Source: Octopus bimaculoides (taxonomy: Eukaryota). From it: 64,000 nt of DNA. Within the stretch, counting starts at the first letter, position 1. The number at the start of each line of letters is the position of its first letter. The DNA lies in the NCBI RefSeq assembly GCF_001194135.2, contig NC_068991.1, positions 7,692,306 through 7,756,305 of the forward strand, in the 5' to 3' direction. The position numbers were made by a program, and so were the translations under genes. Below, in pieces: positions 53,101-64,000 of this stretch. The notes beneath the pieces are model-generated. The model saw only the letters and a program-made list of their open reading frames with translations. It was not told the DNA's origin and searched no databases.

Positions 53101-54736
53101 GCTGCTGCTGCACGTAGACTGGAGGAGAAGAAGAAGAAGAAGAAGAAGAAACGAATGTCCTCAGTGGCAGTGGTTGTGGTGGAGACGGTAGGTGAAACCG
53201 TGACGGGAAACTGTGTTGACGATGATGGTGATGGTGGTGGTGATTATGGTGCTGCTGCTGTTGTTGATGATGATGATGATGATGATGATACTTGTGAGTG
53301 TGGTCGTCAGGGTGTAACTGCAGTTGAGAGGGTTCTGTGTTCTGCTGTCTGGGGGAAAGCTCCTTGGGCAGTTGTACAACCTTCACCGTAAACTGTGGCG
53401 ATCCCACAACACTACTGAAATAGCGTTGATGATGGCTGTGGGTCGCTGGTAATTTCTGATGAGTAGCAAAAGTAATATCCTGTCTCTCAGCTTGCTGATG
53501 TTGCTGCTGCTGCTGCTGTTGTTGGTGGTGGTGTTGCTGAAGGGGACGGGGGATAATTCTGTGGCAACTATGTGGCAGTGGTGGTGGCGGCGGGTGGTGG
53601 TAAATGACTTGTGGACTGTTACTGCTACTGCTGCTGCTGCTATTGTTACTATTACTGCTGCTACTACTGCTGCTACTACTACTACTATTACTGGTGATGC
53701 CGTAGCTACTGCTGTTGCTACAGCTACTACTACTACTACTCAGTTCGTCACTAAGGTAACTACTAATGTTGTGCTTGGTGATGGTATTTCCACAATGACT
53801 ACTGCTGCTGCTGTTACTGCAACAACTACTACATCGGTTGACCCTCAAATATGTGTTGGGGTGACAATAGTAATAGTAGCGTATATCGTTAGAGTTTCTG
53901 CAACCGGGATCAGACGAAGGGGACACACCTAGACGTCTTCCACTTCCTCCTAACAGTATCTTTGCTCTGACACTGCTACTGCTGCTGCTGTTTCTCCGAC
54001 TTCCTACCCAGCTGCTGCTGCTGCTGCTCTGGGCTCTATTAATGATCACCTTACTAGAATTAATATCCTCTAGTCTTCTGCTTCTAGCCGTTTTCTTCTT
54101 CAATTCTCTGACTGGATCGCATATGGTTTTCGATGGTCGGCGGCTGCTAATATTAGTAGTTAGGTTGCTTAGATCTGCTTTGTCGCCGCCACGCCCGCAC
54201 AACCCGACAGCAGAAAATGAACGACGCTTGTTCACTGCTTCCTCTTGTGTCGCCAATTCCAAAGTTGGTCTCAGTGATATCGGAGACAACGATGGCAGTG
54301 TTAACACTATTTTCTCGTGTGCTGGGTTCGACAAAGAACTCGTACACACACCGCTATCACAACTTTTACTACACTTAACCACTTTACCACTAATGCCACT
54401 GTTACTTCCAGTTGTTCTGCCACTGCTGCTGCTACTACTGTTGTTACAACATGTCAATGTGTTAGCTTCTTCTCCAATTGAATATCCGGAGACGGCTGTT
54501 ACACTGGAACTGACAATGTGACTAATGCTTGTGGAATTTGAAGATGCGTCTTCTTGATACGCAATAAATGTCTGCTTCTGGTCATCGAAGTTCATGTTAT
54601 GGGCTGCATTTGAGAGATTAGTGCCAACCGCGTTAATTGTTTGGTTTTCAGAGGCTACATTTAATAATAAAGGACGCAGGTGACGAAGACCCAATGTGTC
54701 GCAGCCCCAGAAGCCTCTTCTTTCTTTTAGTGCCAT
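50159..54736 (-). CDS. DYRK2: Dual-specificity tyrosine-phosphorylation-regulated kinase, class 2 (DYRK2-like), 1525 aa, uninterrupted ORF
   Basis: The translation has the NAPA region ([32 protein letters not shown]), a KKR NLS-like motif, the DH box ([21 protein letters not shown]), [25 protein letters not shown], activation-loop YTY (50897-50905), SRFYRAPE, the CMGC insert SSKGFPRYC and [10 protein letters not shown]. From recall, these closely match vertebrate DYRK2. The kinase domain spans about 50438-51380. An in-frame TAG lies 48 nt upstream of the ATG (54782-54784). Confidence 0.96.
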   Translation of the reverse strand: MALKERRGFWGCDTLGLRHLRPLLLNVASENQTINAVGTNLSNAAHNMNFDDQKQTFIAYQEDASSNSTSISHIVSSSVTAVSGYSIGEEANTLTCCNNSSSSSSGRTTGSNSGISGKVVKCSKSCDSGVCTSSLSNPAHEKIVLTLPSLSPISLRPTLELATQEEAVNKRRSFSAVGLCGRGGDKADLSNLTTNISSRRPSKTICDPVRELKKKTARSRRLEDINSSKVIINRAQSSSSSSWVGSRRNSSSSSSVRAKILLGGSGRRLGVSPSSDPGCRNSNDIRYYYYCHPNTYLRVNRCSSCCSNSSSSSHCGNTITKHNISSYLSDELSSSSSSCSNSSSYGITSNSSSSSSSSSSSNSNNSSSSSSSNSPQVIYHHPPPPPLPHSCHRIIPRPLQQHHHQQQQQQQQHQQAERQDITFATHQKLPATHSHHQRYFSSVVGSPQFTVKVVQLPKELSPRQQNTEPSQLQLHPDDHTHKYHHHHHHHQQQQQHHNHHHHHHHRQHSFPSRFHLPSPPQPLPLRTFVSSSSSSSSPPVYVQQQLPARAESSTKGSCCKCSRSQGNNSSESIQQRHHSPAIAADQRRISAPPDPQNGDRGGVGDVNDQHLSLFRQRYNNQQQIRHFTFPQYQSQEHHSCKHHQQLQQQLLQQQQRPYNLCHSREEGIEEEDRFEEGIAYERDGRRTYHFVNAGAVSYCRRNNTASSCGTAAIVNTLPASTTATKSENITATIPIHSVRPAVNTTSPPGTRAVSISTNITTAGHQCNNPSEGFPLHFLSSSSPPLASNSSTIAVGSTTFTDVTTTTTNTINHVVGAYNNNNNDLTGPPLLHHHHLHVPHQPQHFYHHQHHIHQLPPHRLHQQHSAPHLAHQTCCRAHAHQPKSTLPTVRSGVTVNNNNSVANATNLTGKSKGSVSGHSITAALIAAAATATGTTTATTAISNFNPKVSHTNTASNKSSSISVFDGSTDVPSECNNSEVISTHDTHLNSSTISNNVSNIPSVLSSNHHHHHHHHHHHQQQQQHHHSSTTTTTTSSNHRRLFGGGVGTNNNNALSPESAMKQYMNKLSAFEHHEIFNYPQVYFVGPTAKKRQGIVGGNNNNGYDDENGSYLHVPHDHIAYRYEVLKIIGKGSFGQVVKAYDHKAQQHVALKMVRNEKRFHRQAQEEIRILEHLKKQDRDNSMNIVHMLEHFTFRNHICITFELLSMNLYELIKKNKFQGFTLQLVRKFAHSILQCLDSLHNNSIIHCDLKPENILLKQQGRSGIKVIDFGSSCYEHQRIYTYIQSRFYRAPEVILGGKYGMPIDIWSLGCILAELLTGYPLFPGEDEGDQLACIIEMLGMPPQKLLDHSKRARNFISSKGFPRYCTVSTLPDGSSVINGGRSRRGKPRGSPGSKEIMAALKGCDDPLFLDFMRRCLEWDPNSRMTPSQALRHSWLRRRLPKPPPNENRDTNSMSTTIATIGNNGTDTNVGTLNRRNSTGNNRNGAVPKLANGTSSGNKTRQIIPDDVVITSSQFNSRTKLPQIGSTL

Positions 54737-55376
54737 TCTTGGTGCAGCTATAGTTTTATTCGCGTCACTCTTTCCAGGCCTCTACACGACAGCACAGACC
54801 TGCATCTTTGCACAGTTAATGGTTTCGTCATTTCTCTTTTACATTTCTTTGCGTCTCTTTCTCTCTCTCTCTCTCTTTTTCTCTTTTTTTTAATTTTCTT
54901 TCCTTTCTAAACACATTCTCTTTCGTCTCCTCTCTTGCCTCAAAAATACCTCCTACTCTGCTATTCCTTCCACTCCTACTTTTATTATATTCCTCGTTTC
55001 TCAGTTGCTTCCCTGCTATTCTTCAATATCTCATGTTTTACATTGTTCCCCCCTCTCCCATTCTCTCTCTCTCTCTCTCTCTCTTTCACTTTCCTTCCTC
55101 TTATTCTCTTCATATTTCTTATTTACTTCCAACATCATTATCATATTCACTCCCTTTCTATTTGCCTTGTTTTATCCCTATCCCCTTTTAACCCATTGTC
55201 TGTCTAATTATTCTGACCATTTCTCTCCCGATCCTTCGCTTTAGGAAAACATCGATGCTCTGAAATATTTCGTCAGTCACCCATTAGAACTATTATGGAT
55301 TTTTTTTTATCCCCTTTAGGTCCGTTTACATTCTTGTTCCTTAAACCCTTCTCTCAACATGCAGATCACTGAATTT

Positions 55377-55395
55377 CCAATCGGAACTACACCCA
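55377..55395. promoter_or_regulatory. Possible DYRK2 promoter motifs (CCAAT plus ACTACA-CCCA)
   Basis: CCAATCGGAACTACACCCA lies about 650 bp upstream of the ATG, beyond a tract that is GA-rich on the sense strand. The match to the ZNF143/THAP11-type motif is only partial. Confidence 0.2.
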
Positions 55396-58289
55396 CAAAT
55401 ATGTTTTGGTGACGGAAAGGGGGACAAGAAGACACGTTGGAATTTTTTAAAGGATAGAAATATGTGGAATTTATTATATGTGAATTACTAAATTCATTCT
55501 CACTCCATTATTTCACTTTGCAGCGACCTATGGAATTTAATATTTAGTTTAGGAAATCTAAGATTTACACAGATATCAGTTGATGAAATTAAATAAGAAG
55601 TTTATGCTGTTAAGTTTAATTGTAAATTAAGTAGGAAATAGTAAAATTCCTATATATTCTGCTCTTGTTTAAAATTTTATAAATCTGGAGGGTTTTTTTT
55701 TATTAGTTTTCTGTTCTTGTAATTCATGCATGTGTGTGCATTTTTTCAATTAGTATTGAGTAGAGGAATTTTTGAAATATTTTTTTTACATGACTCTTAT
55801 TGACCTAAGAATAGAAGTTGATATGGTTGAAGGTTCAGTGTTGATTTTTTTTACGTTATTGGTTGGAGGAAAAAAATCTGGGTTATTTTAAAGGCCTGGA
55901 AAATATTTAATGTTTGCTCTGGTGACTCAGAAACACTGGGTAGGTTACAGGAAAAAGGGTACATTGAGTGGGTTTAGCAGATATGATGTTCAGTTAGTAA
56001 GTTTATGTTAATCTTTGCAATACTTGTTAAAGAGACAAGAGTGGAAACAGAGGACAATGGTAGGCAAATATCTGTGTAGTTAAGAAGGTCCATGGTTCTT
56101 TGTTTGACCCCATTCCGTGGCACCTTGAACAAGTGTTTTCTATCATACTCTTTGGTTGATCAGTGACTCGTGAGTGAAATTTGGTAGAGAGAAACTGTGT
56201 GGGTGTCTGTCATGTGAATGCATGTGTGTGTGCATTTATGTGTATTATATGTATATATGCTGAAACCAAGGTGCCCTGTAAAAAGCATTAGTTTTGGTGC
56301 TGGTTCCATGTCAAAAGCACTGGTGATGGTGCCACATAAAAAGTACCCAGTGCACTCTGTAAAGTGATGGGTGCTAGGAAGAGTATCCAGCTGTAGAAAC
56401 CAAGCCAAAACCGAATATAGAAACTGGTACTGCCCCTGGCCTTACCAGCTCCTGTCAAGCTGTCCCACCCATGCCAACATGGAAAATGGATGTTAAATGA
56501 TGATGAATATATATATAATCACATCACAGAGTGTGTGCTCCTGCCCACTATACAGGCTTATACAGCAGACTCAAAAGTGTCATACCCTTAAAAGCATCAC
56601 CTGAGGTGGACTGGCCCCTCACCAACTCCCTAGCTATGCTACTGTATAGGCCAGTATATTCAACCATAAATACCTTGTGGTATTTAATCCACTGTTACAC
56701 TGACAGTCGCTTGCCATTTTTGCCATTTGAAATGCAGTGAGCCAGTGACTAGTCCAAGAAAGCTTATAACTAATGAACTTTGTTCATAAAATGCATGATA
56801 TAAAATTAAAACAAGAGCACAAACCTCTGCCAAAGCAACACCATCCTCTCAATGATTAGTCAGAGGTGATTTTCAAAATGAGAATATATGAAATAAACTC
56901 AACTGCTCTCACAAATGAGAATACTAAAAATGAACCTGACCACTCTCAAAAATTAAGTAAAAAGCAGGAAAAATAATTCAGAATCCTTGTCCGGATCGAT
57001 CCCAAAATCTAATCAGTTCATTCCTTGGAGAAGGAATGCATCAGAAAGTGCATCTCCTACCAACACTATCTGCACAAAGAACTTGATGTACTTTGGTGAC
57101 TGGTGATGTGCCAAGATAGTGGACTCTGCAGAGTCTTCAGGGTTGATGAGCAGATGTAGTCACTGTTTATCAGATATGTCACCCCATATCTTGTCAGACA
57201 TTTGAAATGTTGCAAGTACTCTCAGTTCTCAAGAAATATGATCAATAATATAATTAATCCTTGCATTCTGCAGGGAACTAAGCAAGAGCAATAACATTCT
57301 TGGAGAGATGCTTGTCACCAGATGTCAACTGAAGAGTTTGTTCCAGAGGGCTTCTTACCCAGAGACTTTGGAGAAATTTCAGCTGTCTCTTGCTTTGCAA
57401 TTCTACCAAGGGCCATTAGCAATTCATAATCAACTCTATAGACATGAAAGTACATCAGCTGGATCTATTGGACAAACATGTTGAGAGATGGAACTATTCT
57501 CTGGACACTTGTCAAATGTCTGAGCATTATTGAGTCATGAAGTGTAAGATAAATCTATTGACCAAGTCCATTGTAAGGATCATCCCACTAACTTCTTTTA
57601 GCCTGAAAGGGCAAGACTTTCTTCTGTCTGCAAATTATAGTAATAGAGGTTTTATAGTAGACAAATCTGAGAGGACTGAAGACAGATTCTTACCTCTTCA
57701 GTCAAATCCTTCATCACCTTATTTCAAGTTTCACTTTCAGAAAATTTTCTAAAAGGCAGGTGAGATTGGCAAGTGTATGGGTCTGTTCTCAGCATACTCC
57801 TGTAAGCTGAAGAACACAGCTAGGAGTGGGTACTAAGAACAAACAGTGATTGCTGGGACTAAAGTCTCTCTCTGATCTGCATAATTTATCCTAGTCACAT
57901 CTTCTAATTTGTCACTCGTATGGCAAATAAAGAAATGATTTTTTTAATAAATAATATTATTTATAATGTAACTCTAGTTTTGCTATTAATCACCAAATAT
58001 ACTAATTTGGAATCTGTAGCTCATCAGTGGAATCACTAATTAATGAATAATTATGTAGTTGTAAATACGTACCGAAAACACATGCGCAAGACAGCTCCAT
58101 CTTTATCCATTTAAGGATTTGAACTTAGTGCAGGAGCGTAAATATATAGTCCAGCAGTAAATAAAGAAATTTAAAACTGTGTCCTATATAGCCTTTTTAG
58201 CATGTTTTTAAGAATAAGTTACGTCTTACGATTTTATTTATGCATGCTAACCACTGGTAATAAATTGTTTATGATGATGATGATGATTT

Positions 58290-58478
58290 CTACCTGTTTT
58301 ATGTTCAGACTGATCAGATCTGGCCTCTCACATTTGACCTACAATGTCATCCTAAAAATAAACAATCACATCATCGCAATCTTGAAGCTAAAAGATTAAT
58401 TAAAAACAATGTGAGTAAATATGAAATGCCTTTGGCTGAGGAATCTGAATGCTAAAAATTAAAAGATTAAAGGGTTAA
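58290..58478. mobile_element. Probable piggyBac-like MITE fragment; related pieces at about 7455-7560 and 9575-9690
   Basis: Shared TTCTACCTGTTTTATGTT...AGATCTGGCCT.TCACA and an AGGGTTAA terminus (CCCT/AGGG plus TTAA is the piggyBac pattern). Confidence 0.45.
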
Positions 58479-58486
58479 ATACCTTT

Positions 58487-58866
58487 CATCTTTTACAAAT
58501 TTCAGTCACTAGACTGTGGCCATGCTGGGGCAGTGCCTTGTAAAATTTTGGTTGAATGAATTGACCCCAGTTTTTGTTATTTTTTGTAAAGCTTACTACT
58601 TATTCTATCAGTTTCTTTTGCCAAACTGCTAAGCTATGGGGATGTAAACCCACAAACACCGGTTGTCAAGCAGTGGTGGAGAACGGACACACACACACAT
58701 ATATATACGACAGGCTTCTCTCAGTTTCCATCCACCAAATCCACTTGCAAGGCTTTGGTCGGTTCAAGGTGATAGTAGAAGACACTTGTCCAAGGTGCCA
58801 CACAGTGGGACTGAACCAGGAACCATGTGGTTGTAAAGCAAACTTCTTACAACACAGCCATGCCTG
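58487..58866 (-). mobile_element. Family B SINE, complete
   Basis: Reverse-complement match from tail to head. Confidence 0.8.
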
Positions 58867-58907
58867 CATTGATATAATATTATTTAATAGCTAAGATGGC
58901 GAGTGTG

Positions 58908-59240
58908 AAGGCACATGGTTCAGTGGTTAGAGCGTCGAGCTTACGATCATGAAGTTGCAAGTTCAAATCCCGAACTGGACTGCATGTTGTGTTCTTGAGC
59001 AAGACACTTTATTTCACATTGCTCCAGTTCACTTAGCTGTAGAAATGAGTTGCGACATCACTGGTGCCAAGCTGTATCGGCCCCTTTGCCTTTCTCTTGG
59101 ACAACATCGGTGGCATGGAGAGGGGAGGCCGGTGTGCATGGGCGACTGCTGGTCTTCCATAAACAACTTTGCCTGGACTTGTGCCTGTGAGGGTAACTTT
59201 CTAGGTGCAATCCCATGGACATTCATGACCGAAGGGGGTC
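58908..59240 (+). mobile_element. tRNA-derived SINE (family D), second copy
   Basis: A-box TGGTTCAGTGGTTAGAG and B-box GTTCAAATCC. Colinear with 14403-14750 over about 330 bp. Confidence 0.85.
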
Positions 59241-59245
59241 TCAGA

Positions 59246-59465
59246 AGATGGTGAGCTGGCAGAAATGTTAGCACACCGGGTGAAATGCTTAGCAGTGTTT
59301 TGTCTGTCTTTACGTTCTGAGTTCAAATTCCGCTGAGGTCGACTTTGCCTTTCATCTTTTTGGGGTCAATAAATTAAGTACCAATTGCGTACTGGGGTCG
59401 ATCTAATCGATTGGCCTCCTCCCCAAAATTTCGGGCCTTGTGTCTAGACTAGAAAAAAATATCAT
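59246..59465 (+). mobile_element. Family C SINE, directly following a family D SINE
   Basis: Same head and body, with 3' tail CCCCAAAATTTCGGGCCTTGTG...TAGAAA. Confidence 0.8.
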
Positions 59466-60049
59466 TTAATAACTATTTCTAACTAAATTCTCATCACCTT
59501 TCATTCTCCCCCTAAAAGTGCTTTGTCAACTGCCCTATTTTTTCTATCAGGTAGTTTATATCCCTATTTAACTGAAGATATTTATATTCTCATACTTTTG
59601 GTATTTTTCATCACTGATTACTTTTTAAGGCTACCAAGTTTTTTTTCTTTTATCATTTCATTTTGTTTTGTTTTTTCTCATTATTTTTATCTCATTTTCT
59701 TAAGCAAGCAATTTTCTTTTCTTTCCAACTTCAAATTTATGCCAGCATGGATGGATATTCACAAAGTTAGTCACTTATTTTTCCCTTCATTATATCTTCT
59801 TTCTTTCTTTTATACCTTTTCTTTTTCTTTCTTTTTCTTCCTTTTTTTTTTTTTGCACTTCTCTAGTGCTCTCTGCGCTCTCAACATAATCTTGTGTTGA
59901 CATCATATCAGATCATTTGCATTATCAAGAAATCCTTCAAAAAACAAATTCTCTTTTACATTCATTTCTAAAACTAACAAATTGATTGGTCTCATCTGTT
60001 CAAAGAATTTGGGTAAATGAGCACACCTCTGATGGTTTATTTCTTTATC

Positions 60050-60097
60050 ATCAATATTACTATTATTATTATTATTATTACTATTATTATTATCATC

Positions 60098-60153
<56 letters not shown>

Positions 60154-60800
60154 TATCCTCATTATTATTATCCTTATTATTATTATTATCATCCTCATTA
60201 TTATTATTATTAGTAGTAGTAGTAGTAATAGTGNNNNNNNNNNNNNNNNNNNNNNNNNNNNNNNNNNNNNNNNNNNNNNNNNNNNNNNNNNNNNNNNNNN
60301 NNNNNNNNNNNNNNNNNNNNNNNNNNNNNNNNNNNNNNNNNNNNNNNNNNNNNNNNNNNNNNNNNNNNNNNNNNNNNNNNNNNNNNNNNNNNNNNNNNNN
60401 NNNNNNNNNNNNNNNNNNNNNNNNNNNNNNNNNNNNNNNNNNNNNNNNNNNNNNNNNNNNNNNNNNNNNNNNNNNNNNNNNNNNNNNNNNNNNNNNNNNN
60501 NNNNNNNNNNNNNNNNNNNNNNNNNNNNNNNNNNNNNNNNNNNNNNNNNNNNNNNNNNNNNNNNNNNNNNNNNNNNNNNNNNNNNNNNNNNNNNNNNNNN
60601 NNNNNNNNNNNNNNNNNNNNNNNNNNNNNNNNNNNNNNNNNNNNNNNNNNNNNNNTTCCTGTTACACTTCGTCATTCACTCTCAGCAGCTTCAGCAGCAG
60701 GGTTATTCTGCTGCTGGTGACAGCAGCATTTCCAGTATTGTGGCCTTTGTTGTTGTTATTGTTGCTGCTGCTGCTGCTGTTGTTGTTGTTGTTCTTTTGT
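60050..60800. repeat. (TAT/CAT)n and (GCT/GTT)n microsatellites flanking an N-gap (60234-60655)
   Basis: Read directly from the sequence. Confidence 0.92.
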
Positions 60801-61539
60801 TGTTGTCGTCATCAACCTGTCTTCAATGGCGCAACATCAAATAGAACAATACGACAAAAGTATTAAATAAACAAAACTTACTAAACAATTTCACTGCCTG
60901 GATATGTTTTTCAAATATCTTTCTCTTTAATTAATTGGGGGTGGGCGTGGGGGGAGGAAAGGAACATAAAAAAAATACAATAACTATTATTGTCTAGTAC
61001 TAGTCAATATTGATGTGCGTGTGTGTGTGTATGTGTGTGTGCGTATTATACTAACATATACATCATTATACATACATATGTCTATAATATACAAATATAT
61101 AAATATAACAAAATTTATACATATACATTCTTTCCCTTGTTTTCAGTCATTTGACTGCGGCCATGCTGGAGTACCACCTTAAAGGAGTTTTAGATGACAA
61201 AATCTGCCCCAGGACTTATTCTTTGTGAGCCTAATACTTATTCTATCGGTCTCTTTTGCCGAACTGCTAAACTCACCAGCATCGATTGTCAAGCAATGGT
61301 GGCGGGAAGAGCCATTCTAAAAATGCGTCCTGCCCTAACTCTTCGAAACGCTTAGTGATGAAGGAAATGTTCTCTATGTGTCCTGTGTGTTTTCTCTGCT
61401 CTGTTTATGTTCTGTTTTTCATTTTGTCCACGTTTTCTTTTGACGTCCTGTACCCAGATATGCATCTATATAAACATGTAGATGTAGGTATGTACATACA
61501 TGTATGTATATATGCATATACTCACATATTATTTGTATT

Positions 61540-61577
<38 letters not shown>

Positions 61578-61682
61578 TATTTGCTATTTATTATATATAT
61601 GGATTGTCTGTAAATATAAATCTGAAAAAAGAAGCACACTCTAAGATATAGAGCAGTATATATTAAAGTTAGATAAGACTGA

Positions 61683-61759
61683 TTTATGGGATTACCTAAG
61701 GTTTTATGTCCATAAAGGGCTTAGCTTTATGGACAGGAAACCTAAAGTAATCTCATGAA
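61683..61759 (+). repeat. 77-nt imperfect palindrome (35-bp stem, 7-nt loop); partial second copy at about 41190-41250
   Basis: Arms 61683-61717 and 61725-61759 pair at 32 of 35 positions, counting 3 G-U pairs. Confidence 0.85.
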
Positions 61760-61792
61760 CCAGCCTTATCTAACTTTAATATATTTATATAT

Positions 61793-62194
61793 AGGTGCAG
61801 GAGTGGCTGTGTGGTAAGTAGCTTGCTTACCAACCACATGGTTCTGGGTTCAGTCATACTGCATAGTACCTTGGGCAAGTGTCTTCTACTATAGCCTCGG
61901 GTCGACCAAAGTCTTGTGAATGGATCTGGTAGACGGAAACTGAAAGAAGCCCGTCGTATATATGTATATGTATATATATATGTGTGTGTGTTTGTGTATC
62001 TATGTTTGTCCCTCCAACATTGCTTGACAACCGATGCTGGTGTGTTTACGTCACTGTAACTTAGCAGTTCGGCAAAAAAAACTGATAGAATAAGTACTAG
62101 GTTTACAAAGAATAAGTCCTGGGGTCGATTTGCTCAACTAAAGGTGGTGCTCCAGCATGGCCACAAACAAATGACTGAAACAAGTAAAAGAGTA
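61793..62194 (+). mobile_element. Family B SINE, complete: tRNA-like head, CORE-like ACCTTGGGCAAGT segment, internal (TA/TG)n, body and GTAAAAGA tail
   Basis: GGAGTGGCTGTGTGGTAAG...GGGTTCAGTC...ACCTTGGGCAAGTGTCTT...GAAACTGAAAGAAGCCC-(TA/TG)n-...GCTCCAGCATGGCC...GACTGAAACAAGTAAAAGAG. The CORE-like assignment is from recall of CORE-SINEs such as octopus OR1/OR2 and was not searched. Confidence 0.85.
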
Positions 62195-62638
62195 TAGCTG
62201 GGTGTATATATGATTGTGTGTGTATATATGGCTGGGTGAATGTAAGAGCAGTGATTGACAGAAACTGTTGAATGCCGAATGAAATGTTTTATGGTATTCA
62301 GTTACGTCCCCTTATGTTCTGAATCCACAGAGCGGAATTCATCTTTCAGCTTTCATCCTTCTGGGGAAAGTATCACATGAATGATTCAGTCTTTGGTGTA
62401 TATGTGTGTATATGTGTATATGTATGATAGTATATGTTAACTCACACCTTTTACTTTAAGAAATTGTATACATACATATACATGTGTGTATATATATATG
62501 TGTGTGTATACATATATATGTGTGTGTATTGATATGTATGTATATATATATATCTATATATGTACACACACATACATATATATATATATGCACACACACA
62601 AACATACACACATGCTTATACATATAGCTATATTTATA

Positions 62639-62684
<46 letters not shown>

Positions 62685-63769
62685 TACACATGCATATGTT
62701 CATATATATACATTCCTATACACATACATGTGCATGTAGATACATATATGCATGTATGTATTTATATATGTATGCGTATATGGTGTGCATTTGTGTGTGT
62801 GTGTGTTGACTTGGAACTCTTCCGGACATCTCGTCATTTTAACATGTAAAACACTACACCATCAGTCGACTCCTTAGCTTCCTGGCTTTGTGGTGGTACC
62901 TTACGTAAGCTGTTTCTGCTAAAAATGCAGTTGCGTGCAACACTTACTGCTAAGCGACTGATTGGACTGTAACATTGTTTACCGTGTTTCTAAATCACTG
63001 CGTTCACCCTTGCTGCTGCTGTTGTTTGTTGCTAGGCAGTCTGTATTTCGTCACTTTTATGATGATGATCATCATCATCATGATCGTGATGCTGATGATG
63101 ATGATGTTACTGATGACGACATCGTGAACCTCCTAAATGATAAACTGCTACCCTGATTGTCAGTAAATTGATGATGTTGATCCAGTAGAAAGTGCTATGT
63201 TGTAAGGGGTAGGGTAGGGTCTTACCGAATATTGTCCTACTTTGTAGAACCAAATTTTGGGAATAATATGAAGCAGTGAGGCTTATAATGAAAGATGATG
63301 ACATCACCGTGTTCCTCTAAAGCTCATGTTGTTGTTGTTGTTGTTGTCGCTGCTGCTGCTGTTGGTAATCTTGGGTTTTCATTTTGGTTTTTATCCCCAT
63401 CCCCCATCTCCCATAGAATTCACAACATGCTTTTGCGAGCTCTGCAGACAGTGTCCATTCCTTGTAAATAGTTCTTAACCAAAAAACAAAAAAAAACAAA
63501 AAAAATCAAGCAAAAAAAAATGGAATTTGTTGAATATATGGCAAAAAAAAAGAAAAGAAATTCTAAATGATTTTCAAATATTTAGATTATATTTTGATTT
63601 TCTATTAAAGAATTAGTAGTAATACAAATTCTACTTGGAAGAATCATTGAAGAATAATCTATTTTTGTCATTTTTCTGTCTCTGCAGGTTTTGAATATAA
63701 TGAAGAATTTTCCAGTACTTCCAAAATTTATCCAAAATAGTATTTGCAAAAAATATTTTTCTTTTTTAT

Positions 63770-64000
63770 CATCATCATCATCATCATCGTTTAACGTCCG
63801 CTTTCCATGCTAGCATGGGTTGGACGATTTGACTGAGGACTGGTGAAACCGGATGGCAACACCAGGCTCCAGTCTGATTTGGCAGAGTTTCTACAGCTGG
63901 ATGCCCTTCCTAACGCCAACCACTCAGAGAGTGTAGTGGGTGCTTTTACGTGTCACCCGCACGAAAACGGCCACGCTCGAAATGGTGTCTTTTATGTGCC
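63770..64000 (-). mobile_element. Family A retroposon, truncated by the window end
   Basis: (CAT)n CGTTTAACGTCC...GGATGCCCTTCC... Confidence 0.85.

Noticed and set aside
50166-54521. Plus-strand ORFs overlapping DYRK2 (e.g. 50166-50789, 53459-53932, 54042-54521)
   Set aside because: They are antisense shadows of a real, repeat-rich CDS with no recognisable motifs.
58908-58985. tRNA-like heads of families B, C and D as tRNA genes
   Set aside because: They have A/B boxes but no convincing cloverleaf, and each continues into a SINE body.
63661-63740. Strong plus-strand acceptor TTTTCTGTCTCTGCAG|G; similar plus-strand motifs near 13670 and 14070
   Set aside because: These are isolated splice-like motifs followed by short unrecognised frames, and are expected by chance in T-rich DNA.

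Overview
AT-rich animal scaffold with 13 N-gaps and a very high density of microsatellites and short interspersed repeats. The repeat landscape points to an octopus/coleoid cephalopod genome; this is inference, as no search was run. The one clear protein-coding gene is a class-2 DYRK kinase (DYRK2-like) on the minus strand (50159-54736, 1525 aa). It is an uninterrupted ORF in which about 1050 aa of poly-S/H/Q/N/T sequence precede the NAPA/DH-box/kinase core. It lies in a ~20 kb zone (about 36-56 kb) nearly free of the SINEs that fill the rest of the window. The remainder holds several tRNA-headed SINE families (labelled B, C, D here), a (GAT)n-tailed family (A, plus G sharing its tail), mariner-derived MITEs, an internally deleted Tc1 element, RTE and R4/Dong LINE fragments, and a solo LTR with a 4-bp target-site duplication (TSD). 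It also holds a 44-bp palindromic minisatellite and two hairpins of pre-miRNA size. Almost all other ORFs in the track are microsatellite or gap artefacts. No prokaryote-type system such as CRISPR is present.
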